Below are positions 26,724 through 36,264 of a stretch of 44,903 nt of DNA, piece by piece; within the stretch, counting starts at the first letter, position 1, and each line of letters starts with the position of its first letter. The translations under genes and the position numbers were made by a program. Location of the stretch: IMG/VR virus record IMGVR_UViG_3300011438_000007, positions 1-44,903 of that record; one strand, given 5' to 3'. The notes under the pieces were generated by a model. The model was given only the letters and a program-made list of their open reading frames with translations. It did no database searches and was not told the DNA's origin. Source of the stretch: a virus (taxonomy: Duplodnaviria; Caudoviricetes).

Positions 26724-28253
26724 ATGGACCTAAACTTCGAGTTCAAAACTAAAGAGCAGGAGAAGTTCTTCTACTCGAAGGCCCGTAACAACTGTTTTAG
26801 CGGCGGGTTTGGAAATGGAAAGAGCTGGATAGGATGTGCGCGTCAATTCATGATGCTCGCTTCTTACCCGAATTACAGAAGTCTCATTGGTAGAGAGAAG
26901 TTTACCGACTTACGCGAAACCACTATGAGGACATTCTTTAAGATATGTCCTGAAGAGTTCGTAGAAGCCCATAACATTGAGAAGGGCATCACAACTCTTA
27001 AAAATGGTTCGATGATCCTGTGGAAACACTTAGACGCATTTAACGAACAATCGCTGCGCGGCCTTGAAATTAATTCAGCACTTCTGGATCAAGCTGAAGA
27101 GACTCGTGAAGCTACTTTTTATGTACTGGACTCCCGAATAGGGAGGTGGGACCAAGCTCAGGTTCCAGATTACATTAAAGCGGGGAGCGGCCTCGGAAAT
27201 GATTGGCCCAAAGAAGAGCGCGGCAACGATAAAGTCCCGAACTTCTTTGACATCTTGTGCAATCCAGATACGAAATTCCATTGGATTTATAAGAAGTTCC
27301 ATCCTGAATCTCCAATGAGAGATCCTGATTATGGATGGGTTCATGCTAAAACGGTGGCCGCGCTCAATGACCCCAAAACCATTGAGAACATGCTAAAACG
27401 TGATCCCGAGTGGGTCGCAAAGTATTTTGAAGGGCAATGGGGCGCATCGAGCGCACAACTTCATTACATGGATAACTCTTCAGTCATAGATCTTCCTGCC
27501 GAAGAGATGTATGATTTTATGAAGATGGTATTGCGAGAAGGAATCCTTTACAGGTCATTCGATCATGGTGAAGCCTCTCCATCGTGCTGTTTATGGGTTG
27601 CTCACTTTCGGGGCGTATATATTTTTTACCGCGAGTATTATGCTCCTAATACTCTTATCGGGGATCATCGACGTAACATATCGGATCTCTCTAGGGATGA
27701 AAATTATGCTGGGAATTACGCCGATCCATCCATCTTTAAGAAGTCCACTCAAAAGAACGGGGCTTTTTGGACGGTGGCGGATGAATATCTTACCCTAGAT
27801 ATTAAGGCCCCGCCGATTTATTGGGAAGCGGCCGACAACAACGAATACGCAACTCGAAACCGCATTAATGAGTTACTAAATAAAAGTGATGAATTTACCC
27901 ACCCAATCACCGCGGAGCGTCATGCACCCGGAATATACTTCATCAAAAAGAGAAGTGACCACAACTTTGGGTGTTATAACGCCATCGACCAATTACTTGC
28001 ACAAAGAAGAGAAGAGCTTGGCTCAGATAACGGAAGAGTTGTATACGCAGATGATCGAGATACAAGTATCACAGATCACGCATATGACCCAATTCGTTAC
28101 TTTGTTGCGATGCACTCGCGTGGGCTGAAAACTAAGCGGCGTGAAATTCCTCAGAGAAGTCTAATGGCATTTGATAGATTCGAAAAGATGCGTAATGTTA
28201 TGCGCCCTTTATCAAAAGGTTCGATGCCCGTGAAGCGGGACTGGGTTTCGTAA
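26724..28253 (+). CDS. terL: terminase large subunit
   Basis: Walker A SGGFGNGKS, LRGLE, Walker B ALLDQAEE, coupling motif LCNP, and nuclease motifs SFDHG and DHAYDPIRY. Confidence 0.92.
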   Translation: MDLNFEFKTKEQEKFFYSKARNNCFSGGFGNGKSWIGCARQFMMLASYPNYRSLIGREKFTDLRETTMRTFFKICPEEFVEAHNIEKGITTLKNGSMILWKHLDAFNEQSLRGLEINSALLDQAEETREATFYVLDSRIGRWDQAQVPDYIKAGSGLGNDWPKEERGNDKVPNFFDILCNPDTKFHWIYKKFHPESPMRDPDYGWVHAKTVAALNDPKTIENMLKRDPEWVAKYFEGQWGASSAQLHYMDNSSVIDLPAEEMYDFMKMVLREGILYRSFDHGEASPSCCLWVAHFRGVYIFYREYYAPNTLIGDHRRNISDLSRDENYAGNYADPSIFKKSTQKNGAFWTVADEYLTLDIKAPPIYWEAADNNEYATRNRINELLNKSDEFTHPITAERHAPGIYFIKKRSDHNFGCYNAIDQLLAQRREELGSDNGRVVYADDRDTSITDHAYDPIRYFVAMHSRGLKTKRREIPQRSLMAFDRFEKMRNVMRPLSKGSMPVKRDWVS

Positions 28254-28265
28254 GTTAATTAAGTA

Positions 28266-30065
28266 ATGGAAAATAATTACTGGACAAAACGATTCCACGC
28301 GGCGGATCAAGCCTACGATTCGTGGGCTAATGAATACATGTGTCAAACGCTGGAGGAATACTACCGTGGAAAGCAATGGAATCTCCAACTATCTTTGGGT
28401 CCAGATAATAGACCTTACACCCTAAACCTAGTTTATTCCACCATTAAAATCAAGTTAGCTAATTATCTAGTAAATACGCCATACATCATTACAGTCCCCA
28501 AAGCAATAGACGCATCATACGATCTCGAAAGATCTTTAGCCTCCGCGCAGCGTAAAGAAGCATACGTCAACACTATAATCCAAAACCCCAAGAACAAGTT
28601 CTCATTCAATCTCAAGAAGTGTATCCGTGATGGCTTCTTTAGGTTTGGCATAATGGAAGTTGCGTACTCAGGTTCGTTTATCGAGAATCCTAAGGCACAG
28701 CGGCCAGAGTGGGCTTCAGATCAAGACAGTGAAAAGTCTAAAGATCGTATTATTACCAAACCAGAACTCCTCACCGAAGAAGAGCACATCTTCTTTCGAC
28801 GCATCTCTCCAAAGAACTTTCGCGTGTCAGAGCGAAGCGAAGACACTTTGGCGAGTTGCGACTGGTATGGATACTACGATTACGCCACCCGTTCCGACTT
28901 CGAGAAAGCCACCGGAGAAAAGATCGGGTCTATTTCTAGTTCCGAATCCCAAGCCGAAGGTAAGTACAATAAAGAAGAGAACGTAACCAACGTAAAGAAC
29001 GCGGTTAAATACTGGAAGGTTTGGGATAATAGATCACATAAGAAGTACATTGTCCTGGACAATGATGGGGAGATTTATTATGAAGAGCCATTTACCTACT
29101 CTCCTATCGTGGATTTCCGTTGGGATCTGGACTTTGATGGCTTTTACCCTATTCCTCCAGTTTTTCACTGGCTCTCACAGCAAGACGAGATTAACGAAGC
29201 TAGAGAACAGGCTAGAAATCATAGAAAGCGGTTTGTCCGCAAATTCCAAGTAGGAAAAGGCGTCTTCTCTCATGAAGAGCTTTCGAAATTTAATCATGGC
29301 CCCGACGGAACAATTATCGAGATGGAAAGAGTGGACAATCCAGGAATTGTTCCCATTGCAAATGCGGATCTCGGCGCACAAGCAATTCAATCTCTCGGAG
29401 TAACGCGTGAAGACTTCAACATTATATCAGGAACTTCAAGCGAAGCGCGAGGAGTCGCGGATCGCCAAACTGCAACTCAAGCCCAGATTATCGAAAACAG
29501 GTCGAACGTTAGGGAGACCGCGGACACAGAAGACGTTAACACTTTTATCACAGAGATTGCTCGGCTTGCAATTATTACAGCCGGGGACCGGCTTACCTTA
29601 CCAGTTATGGTTGAATCGACTGATAAGTCTTCCCAACTCTACCAAGAATACAAACCCGAGACGGAATATAAGCTCTTAAATCCTGCGGATTTAGATGATG
29701 GGTATGAGTTTAAATTACTCGTTGATGTTAGCTCGACTTCTCCAGCGCAAAATGAAGTGGAAAAGACCAAGTTCATTGAGTTCATTTCGATTCTCAAGAA
29801 CTTCCCAGAGTTGGCGATGTCGCCACTACTTATTCGTGAAGCGGCCTACAAAGTAGGATATAGAAATGAGCGAGTAATTAGAGAGATGCAAAACGCGGCG
29901 TTACTTCAAATGATGGCCGCGCAGGGTGGGGGGCCGCAAGGAGGCGGGAGCGGCCAGCAACAGAGCGGTGGCGGCACGGGTGAAATGCAAAGAGTTGCGG
30001 AGCAACAAACTCCCCCAACTCAAGATGATATAAATAATCAACTGAATAATCAGTTAGTTCAATAA
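28266..30065 (+). CDS. portal protein (P22/podovirus-like)
   Basis: 599 aa after terL; YYRGKQW, ISG.S...RG....TAT and a Q/G-rich C-terminal barrel region. Confidence 0.85.
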   Translation: MENNYWTKRFHAADQAYDSWANEYMCQTLEEYYRGKQWNLQLSLGPDNRPYTLNLVYSTIKIKLANYLVNTPYIITVPKAIDASYDLERSLASAQRKEAYVNTIIQNPKNKFSFNLKKCIRDGFFRFGIMEVAYSGSFIENPKAQRPEWASDQDSEKSKDRIITKPELLTEEEHIFFRRISPKNFRVSERSEDTLASCDWYGYYDYATRSDFEKATGEKIGSISSSESQAEGKYNKEENVTNVKNAVKYWKVWDNRSHKKYIVLDNDGEIYYEEPFTYSPIVDFRWDLDFDGFYPIPPVFHWLSQQDEINEAREQARNHRKRFVRKFQVGKGVFSHEELSKFNHGPDGTIIEMERVDNPGIVPIANADLGAQAIQSLGVTREDFNIISGTSSEARGVADRQTATQAQIIENRSNVRETADTEDVNTFITEIARLAIITAGDRLTLPVMVESTDKSSQLYQEYKPETEYKLLNPADLDDGYEFKLLVDVSSTSPAQNEVEKTKFIEFISILKNFPELAMSPLLIREAAYKVGYRNERVIREMQNAALLQMMAAQGGGPQGGGSGQQQSGGGTGEMQRVAEQQTPPTQDDINNQLNNQLVQ

Positions 30066-30077
30066 GGAGAACATAAG

Positions 30078-30641
30078 ATGGCTGTCATAATTCCAATCGT
30101 TCCTGAAGGGATTAGCGATCCAACTAATCTCTATAATGATATGTATCAAGATCTCCCAGACTTGCGATGGGATGATGTAACATTTCAAGACACTCTTTTG
30201 TGGCTCGCTGAAGAACAACCCCACACCATTGATAAGTGGTACGCCACATATAATAGTTCTCCAGCAACTAGTGCGCTAGGTCAAACGAATTACACCGCGA
30301 AACTCCCCAACGGAAAGACATTTGAAGTTGATGTCCGTAATGTAGCTTATTATCCTTCATCTGTCCTGTATACTCTTTCCTGCGTAGCAGGTGATCCACT
30401 TGAGACTGTTCCTCAGTATCCAGGATATGATGCACGAAATCCTAAAAAGGGATATCCCATTGGAGCGCCCCTAAAGAAACAGCCGTGGAAAGATCGGGTA
30501 CTTTACGAGGATATTCTTCCTGGACAGTATGAAGTTGGTGAAGTTTACGTAGAAGCTGATTCTGATCGCTACACAAAAGTAAGCTATCAAGTTTCTCAAA
30601 ACGTATATGGTACGGCCTGGGAACAGACTTTCGATTCTTAA
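30078..30641 (+). CDS. hypothetical protein (P/Y/D-rich)
   Basis: AAGGAG RBS; between portal and scaffold. Confidence 0.7.
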   Translation: MAVIIPIVPEGISDPTNLYNDMYQDLPDLRWDDVTFQDTLLWLAEEQPHTIDKWYATYNSSPATSALGQTNYTAKLPNGKTFEVDVRNVAYYPSSVLYTLSCVAGDPLETVPQYPGYDARNPKKGYPIGAPLKKQPWKDRVLYEDILPGQYEVGEVYVEADSDRYTKVSYQVSQNVYGTAWEQTFDS

Positions 30642-30654
30642 GTAGGATTCAACA

Positions 30655-30747
30655 ATGAAGAAGAGTTCAGTTAAACTGTTAGCAGCGAAACTCGCCGCGC
30701 GGCCCCCTTCGGGAAAGATCAAACCCTCGAAGAGGGTGGGCTATTAA
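30655..30747 (+). CDS. 30-aa basic peptide (not in ORF track)
   Basis: AGGA RBS; MKKSSVKLLAAKLAARPPSGKIKPSKRVGY*. Confidence 0.4.
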   Translation: MKKSSVKLLAAKLAARPPSGKIKPSKRVGY

Positions 30748-30781
30748 TCTTTTTATTCAACCAAATTAGGAAATTCAACAA

Positions 30782-31576
30782 ATGGTAGAAGAAGCAAATG
30801 TCAGTATTACTTCCTCAGACTCATCGGGGAGCGAAGGGGAACAGAGTGGGAGCGTTCTTCAGGAAAGCAGTGGGATCGGGGACAGTGCGGGGACACAGGT
30901 GGGGAAAAGCGGGGAAAACGTCCCTATATCTAACGAATCAGCGAGTGATGACGAAAAGCAAGAGCAAACCTCAGCACTATCGCTTTATCGAGCACTAAAA
31001 GATCCCCGAACTGCAAAGTCCATTCTCACTGTTCTAGCTCAAGAACATAACATCTCCTTCGGACCCAAGGACACTCCTAGCGAGAAGCAAGAAAAAGTTA
31101 GTTCTCTCCGTGATGTTATCAAGGAAGAACTTGGCGATGAATACCAATTCCTAGCTGGAAAGCTAGGGAATGTGATGGAGAAAGTTCTAGCTAATGAGCG
31201 AAAACTTAACTCCGCCCAACTTGCGGAAATCTCTAACCGCCAAGCCGAAAGGGAAGCTGACGAGGCTTTTACTTGGCTTGCGGCAACATATACTGATGCA
31301 GGTGAGTATGAGTCAGAAATTGCTGCACTCATCGAGCGAACTCCAATGCCGAAGAACATTTCGGCTAAAGAACATCTTGAAGAACTCTATGCCATCGCGA
31401 AGCATCGCGGAGCTAAGGTTAAAAACGCGAAAGCGTTAGCGGGTAAAATCACCCGTAATTCATCCGATCCAGATACAAAACTAAACGGAAAACGCCCGAC
31501 TGACACTGGAGTCAAGGCGCGGCCTGCGGAATCTCTTGATGATGCTATAGCTAGAGCTATGGAATCGATCAAGTGA
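30782..31576 (+). CDS. capsid scaffolding protein
   Basis: Acidic disordered N-terminus, helical core and SLDDAIARAM C-terminus, directly before the capsid gene. Confidence 0.75.
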   Translation: MVEEANVSITSSDSSGSEGEQSGSVLQESSGIGDSAGTQVGKSGENVPISNESASDDEKQEQTSALSLYRALKDPRTAKSILTVLAQEHNISFGPKDTPSEKQEKVSSLRDVIKEELGDEYQFLAGKLGNVMEKVLANERKLNSAQLAEISNRQAEREADEAFTWLAATYTDAGEYESEIAALIERTPMPKNISAKEHLEELYAIAKHRGAKVKNAKALAGKITRNSSDPDTKLNGKRPTDTGVKARPAESLDDAIARAMESIK

Positions 31577-31611
31577 TTTAACTTCTCCCCAAAGGGGAGT
31601 ATAAAGGGAAT

Positions 31612-32688
31612 ATGGCTATCACTTTTGGCGATACCTCAAATCCCTCAAACATTACTACTTATCTTGACGCGCTTTTTAGCCAAACTCTTGCAAATTACAG
31701 CAAGAAGATGATTGATAATATTGGTAAATCCAATGCACTTTTTCATAAACTAATTGCTGGTAGTATGTATGAGGATGGCGGTTCTGGAACTTACATTCAG
31801 ATTCCGCTCATGACCGCGCTAAACCCCATCGACACGTATGAGGGTTATGATGAACTGAGCGTTACCCCAATTGAAGGCGTAACTTCTGCGGTTTATCAAT
31901 GGAGCAGCATTGTTACACCCATCGTGTATGCAATGCTGGATGTATTGAAGAACCGTGAACGTATTGTTGATCTTGTGAAAACTAAGATTCAGCAAGCGGA
32001 AATGGGAATTCAAGAAGGCTTCATGACTCACTTCCTCCAAGGAAGTGGAAACGGAGCTTTGACGACTCCTAAAGTTAGCGGCACGAATGGATCTACTTCA
32101 GTTGATCCCATCGCAAAGCTAATTGAATTTAGCACCACGTCCGAGACGGTTGGAAACATTTCCGGCAATACTGAGACTTGGTGGAGAAATCAGACCGCCA
32201 CTTCAGCAGCTACCACATATGTTGGCTTTCTCAAAGAGATGGTCAATATGTTTAATTCCTGCTCGAAGAGCGCGGGTGGGCCGCCCGACCTGATTCTCAT
32301 GGATCAGACTTCATACGAACTCTTCCATTTTGCATTCTTTGATCGTTATCGTCAGATCACTGAAGACCAGAAGTTTCCATTTACTAACTTCAAGTTTATG
32401 GGAGCCACGGTTGCGTGGGATGAGAAAATTCCCAATGTGTTCGCTGGAACCACGGACACTTCTACCACCACTGGCGGAACTGCTTACTTCATCAACACGA
32501 AATTCTTCCGCATGAAGTACATGAGCGGCCGAGACTTTACCATGTTGAAAGACGAAAATGGTAAGAGTTTCGCGAAGCCCATCAATGGTGATTCTCGTGT
32601 TGGTCACATGGTTTGGACGGGAAATATCTGTGTGAATAACCGTCGCAAGCATGGTGTTCTTGGCAAAATTGCCAGGACGCTCACTTAA
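31612..32688 (+). CDS. major capsid protein
   Basis: 358 aa with an HK97-like layout (DNI.K.N.L, YEGYDEL, PDLI.M, YFINTK, GN...NNRR.HG). Confidence 0.85.
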   Translation: MAITFGDTSNPSNITTYLDALFSQTLANYSKKMIDNIGKSNALFHKLIAGSMYEDGGSGTYIQIPLMTALNPIDTYEGYDELSVTPIEGVTSAVYQWSSIVTPIVYAMLDVLKNRERIVDLVKTKIQQAEMGIQEGFMTHFLQGSGNGALTTPKVSGTNGSTSVDPIAKLIEFSTTSETVGNISGNTETWWRNQTATSAATTYVGFLKEMVNMFNSCSKSAGGPPDLILMDQTSYELFHFAFFDRYRQITEDQKFPFTNFKFMGATVAWDEKIPNVFAGTTDTSTTTGGTAYFINTKFFRMKYMSGRDFTMLKDENGKSFAKPINGDSRVGHMVWTGNICVNNRRKHGVLGKIARTLT

Positions 32689-32709
32689 AGAGAAAGGAGA
32701 TATAAAGAA

Positions 32710-33252
32710 ATGAATACTCCTCTTGCTGGTGCTCCTCGTGGCGGCGATCGTATGCGGATTCAGGTTCTTAATGATTCCGGTGCGGTTATTCCTCGTGGTA
32801 CTCCTGTCTCTATGGGTCTTGATGGAACAGATGATGGTCTTGCCGTCAAACTTCCTTCTGGCCTCACTACTGATTTGGCTACTACCTTCTTCTTGGGAAT
32901 TACGACCGACACAATTCCCATTGGTGGTTACGGTGATGTAGTTTCTTTTGGTATCCATAAGAACGCTATTTTGCTTAGAGCTACTCGCGCTTCGGATACT
33001 TCAAATTGGGCCGGTTCGACCTCAATGGCAAAAGGTGCGCTCCTTAGTTTGGATACAGTAAATAACTGTTTCTCAACGGCAGCGGGTTCTGCGGCCTTTG
33101 CTTCAACAGACGCGACGACTTTCTATGGGAATCGTCTTGCGTTTGCGTTTTTGGCAAGTGATGTTGCCTCGTTCAACTCTACATTGAGCACGGCAACAAC
33201 AAATGGTACGGCTCTAACGGTTACGGCAAGGGTTTTTGTCAAAGCTCTTTAA
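32710..33252 (+). CDS. capsid decoration/cement protein, Thr/Ser-rich
   Basis: Strong AAAGGAG RBS after the capsid gene; N.SG..I..G.PV and G...D.I..G.YG.V...G pattern. Confidence 0.7.
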   Translation: MNTPLAGAPRGGDRMRIQVLNDSGAVIPRGTPVSMGLDGTDDGLAVKLPSGLTTDLATTFFLGITTDTIPIGGYGDVVSFGIHKNAILLRATRASDTSNWAGSTSMAKGALLSLDTVNNCFSTAAGSAAFASTDATTFYGNRLAFAFLASDVASFNSTLSTATTNGTALTVTARVFVKAL

Positions 33253-33298
33253 GTGATCGTTGGAAGACTTTAGGTTTATTCTCCGGTAGACCTAATAT

Positions 33299-33340
33299 GG
33301 GCCGCTCCGCGCACTCCTCCTGGTGGGGCGGCCCTCTTTT
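33299..33340 (+). terminator. intrinsic terminator after the head genes
   Basis: GGGCCGCTCC...GGGGCGGCCC followed by TCTTTT. Confidence 0.7.
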
Positions 33341-33347
33341 AAAATTT

Positions 33348-33515
33348 ATGGACTCTTTAGAAGAAATTATTAAATGCGCAGACTATAATTTACGGCATTA
33401 CCGAGAAGAGTATATGCTAGAATTAATAATTCATAACCCTTTGAAAGATGACTCAGTTATATATGCAGATCTTTTAGGAATGTTAGATCCTGGTCAAAGA
33501 TCACAATATTTATAA
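33348..33515 (+). CDS. hypothetical protein
   Basis: Probable start MDSLEE; stop overlaps the next ATG. Confidence 0.45.
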   Translation: MDSLEEIIKCADYNLRHYREEYMLELIIHNPLKDDSVIYADLLGMLDPGQRSQYL

Positions 33516-34297
33516 TGAAGAATAAAATTAATACACTAATTGGTATAAATAATTTATCTCAGGTAGATCAACTTGCATACTCCAATCATATGCAATTCTT
33601 CTATCGACTTGGGGTTTTTAAAGGGAGTGAGGATTCCAAGAAGAAGTTCGGTGAAGAGGGTAAAGAAGTAAACTTTGCTCTCTGTAATCCTCGTAGGATG
33701 AGTATAGATCGGATGCGCAATGAAGCTGCTAAGGTTGCTCTTGAAGGTGATTTTGATTACCTTATGTTCATTGATGACGACGTACTCCTTCCTGTGGACG
33801 CTTGGCATAGATTGGTGGAAGCGGATAAAGATATTATTTGCGGAGTCACGCACATCAGAGGATATCCGTATCATCCGATGATCTTCAACTTCACTGATTC
33901 TGCGTACAAAAAGAACTCCTTCGTGGACGATTATGAGGATAAAGCCGACCCGGATACGGGTTTGTTGGCTTGTGACGCCGTTGGATTTTCGTGTTGCCTT
34001 ATCAAAGTCGATCTACTCAAGAAGGTTATTCCCCCCTTCTTTGTTACGGGTTCACATCAAACAGAGGATGTCTTTTTCTGTAAAAGAGCAAAAGAACAAG
34101 TGGATGGTGTTAGTATCTTTGCTCATACTTGGGTGAAAACTGGGCATTTGTTAGGAACTGAGTTAATTCACCCTGAGAGCGTTAAACTCCAAAAAGAGTT
34201 TGATGAGAAGAGATATCCTGGAATTGAAAAGACTGTGAACCCAGAGAGACAGGATCGTGATCCAGAATCTTTGATGGCGGTACTTGCGGAGAAATAA
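33515..34297 (+). CDS. GT-A fold (GT2-like) glycosyltransferase
   Basis: RMRNEAA, YLMFIDDDV (DxD), GFSCCLIK, TEDVFFC and KTGH. Confidence 0.85.
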   Translation: MKNKINTLIGINNLSQVDQLAYSNHMQFFYRLGVFKGSEDSKKKFGEEGKEVNFALCNPRRMSIDRMRNEAAKVALEGDFDYLMFIDDDVLLPVDAWHRLVEADKDIICGVTHIRGYPYHPMIFNFTDSAYKKNSFVDDYEDKADPDTGLLACDAVGFSCCLIKVDLLKKVIPPFFVTGSHQTEDVFFCKRAKEQVDGVSIFAHTWVKTGHLLGTELIHPESVKLQKEFDEKRYPGIEKTVNPERQDRDPESLMAVLAEK

Positions 34298-34298
34298 C

Positions 34299-34880
34299 AT
34301 GAAGTTAAATCTCGCATGTGGCCTAACGAAGTTAGAAGGGTACGTAAATGTTGACGTTAATCCAGAAGTTGAGCCAGATATGGTATTGGATGTTGCCGGC
34401 ATCCTACCTTGGAAAGATGGTGAAGTGGATGAAGTGGTTTTCTTTCACGCTATTGAGCATATCGAAAAGAGATTTCACCTTTCACTCCTATCGGAGTTCC
34501 ATAGGATTCTCGGAGATAAGGGAAGACTGGTTTTAGGATATCCTGAGTTTAGCGTATGCCTCAAGTTCTGGCTTGATAACTTCATGGGTAAGCGAGCTTT
34601 CTGGGAAAACTGTATCTTTGGCCGCCAGCTCGACCCCAAGGATTTTCATGTATGCGCGATGCACACGCCAGAATTGAAGGATTTCCTACTAACCGTAGGG
34701 TTTGAAGATATTGAGACTAGGAACGAAGAGAATAATGGAAATCCTCAATATACTGTTTTGCGCGCCCGTAAAGGGGTGGCGCGGCCCACTTATGAGGACG
34801 TTCTAACTCAACGGATCTTTGGAGATGTGAAGAAACTAGAAGTTAACGTCGCAGACGTGAACAAGATGGTAGGGAATTAA
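34299..34880 (+). CDS. class I SAM-dependent methyltransferase (Methyltransf_11-like)
   Basis: KLNLACG, YVNVD, LPW, HAIEH and EFHRIL...G. Confidence 0.85.
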   Translation: MKLNLACGLTKLEGYVNVDVNPEVEPDMVLDVAGILPWKDGEVDEVVFFHAIEHIEKRFHLSLLSEFHRILGDKGRLVLGYPEFSVCLKFWLDNFMGKRAFWENCIFGRQLDPKDFHVCAMHTPELKDFLLTVGFEDIETRNEENNGNPQYTVLRARKGVARPTYEDVLTQRIFGDVKKLEVNVADVNKMVGN

Positions 34881-35441
34881 ATGCCAGATAAGAAGCCATC
34901 ATCGTATAAACTTAGCGAGCCTTCGTATGATAAGCCAGTAGCTTATGATCGCTATTTTAAGACACCTATACTGATGAAGCCGCTTCAACGTGAATTGCTC
35001 GGTAAATTTACAGAGTTTCTAGATCCTGAAGCTAAGAAAACTATAGAGGGGTATCGAGGATTTTCAGATGCGATAACTCTAAATTCTGATTTAATTCCAC
35101 AAAGTCATAAGTGGGATGAAGAAGATTTGTACTCTAGAGTTTTAAAACATGAATTATTTCATGCCTTTCAAAGTAAAAAAGATAAGAGTTTTGACCCTAA
35201 ATTTACTCTAAATCCGTTAAACCCAAAATTCTATTACGATCCAAGTAAATCCTATTTTAATATACTAGATCGAACATTGGGTGGTAGAGAAGCTCCAGCT
35301 TATCTAGTAAATGACGAGATTAAAGAGCGTACAGATCTTCCACAAGATTCTATTTTGCAGCAGGCTTTACGTCAGAAGATTCTTCAACGCTTAATTGATG
35401 AAGGTTATGGACGTGAAGCTAAGATTTGGGAAAAGAAATGA
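34881..35441 (+). CDS. putative zincin metallopeptidase
   Basis: LKHELFHAFQ (HExxH) with a downstream REAPAY glutamate. Confidence 0.55.
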   Translation: MPDKKPSSYKLSEPSYDKPVAYDRYFKTPILMKPLQRELLGKFTEFLDPEAKKTIEGYRGFSDAITLNSDLIPQSHKWDEEDLYSRVLKHELFHAFQSKKDKSFDPKFTLNPLNPKFYYDPSKSYFNILDRTLGGREAPAYLVNDEIKERTDLPQDSILQQALRQKILQRLIDEGYGREAKIWEKK

Positions 35442-36070
35442 CCCGAGATGAGTTGGCCGCCCTCGTACAAACGAATCTCAACGATTCTGGAATCTTCACG
35501 ACTCCTGAAGAAGTTCAAGATGCTATTCAGGACGGGTATGAGGATTTGACGGTCACTCATGGATTACTTCCCAAAGCTGTAGCAATAAACGAAACCGCAA
35601 ATAGAGTATTTTATGATCTTGTCACTCTCATCCCCGACTTTGTGGCCCTCCGTGGAATTTATAGAGCTTCTACTAAATACTGGCTTGTGTCCAGAGACAT
35701 TAGATGGATGCAATATCAGAGAGATGATTGGGAATTGCAAACAGGAAGTTCCACAGACTTCTGGGTCGCAAACTACAGAAGAGTAGCTTTATTTCCTCAT
35801 GCTACAGTAAGTACCGCTTCAAATCTTTGGGTCTTCTATTATGCAAACGCGCCAACACTTCTTGGGTCTTCTGATCTTAATATCCCCGTGGATTCTGGTT
35901 TTCGCGCTTTGGAGAATTACGCGACTTCAGTTCTTCTAACGAAGGCAGAAGAATGGACGAAGGCTGAGATCTATGAAAAGCAGTTCAATGAAGATGCTGA
36001 GGAATGTAAGACGTTTAGAAATAGACTTATCTTACCAGACTACGTTAATGGTTTAAGGGGGTCATGGTGA
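35438..36070 (+). CDS. head-tail adaptor / tail tubular A-like protein 1
   Basis: MTRDEL...V...L.D, LFP, .YYA..P.L and AL..YA pattern. Confidence 0.65.
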   Translation: MTRDELAALVQTNLNDSGIFTTPEEVQDAIQDGYEDLTVTHGLLPKAVAINETANRVFYDLVTLIPDFVALRGIYRASTKYWLVSRDIRWMQYQRDDWELQTGSSTDFWVANYRRVALFPHATVSTASNLWVFYYANAPTLLGSSDLNIPVDSGFRALENYATSVLLTKAEEWTKAEIYEKQFNEDAEECKTFRNRLILPDYVNGLRGSW

Positions 36071-36264
36071 TAATTCAATTCGTTGTTGTGTGTCTAATTT
36101 GTGCGTTAGCTCTTTGGGCTTTGCGTCAATTCCCAACTCTTGATGGAACTATTCTCAGGTTCATCACCATTGCAATTTACGTCCTACTTTCCATTCTACT
36201 CATCAATCTAGTTCTATCTCTTCTCTTTGGAACTTCTCTAGGCGTGGTGTTGAGGAAGTACTGA
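36064..36264 (+). CDS. two-TM membrane protein (holin candidate)
   Basis: Two hydrophobic helices and a basic C-terminus; coupled to the endolysin. Confidence 0.55.
   Translation: MVIIQFVVVCLICALALWALRQFPTLDGTILRFITIAIYVLLSILLINLVLSLLFGTSLGVVLRKY

Noticed and set aside
32311-32958. 215-aa antisense ORF and other shadow ORFs over long genes
   Set aside because: They are antisense or out-of-frame to well-supported genes and show no motifs or RBS.
34284-34300. Programmed frameshift fusing the split GT and MTase
   Set aside because: There is no clear slippery heptamer, and the MTase has its own GGAG RBS and ATG at 34299.
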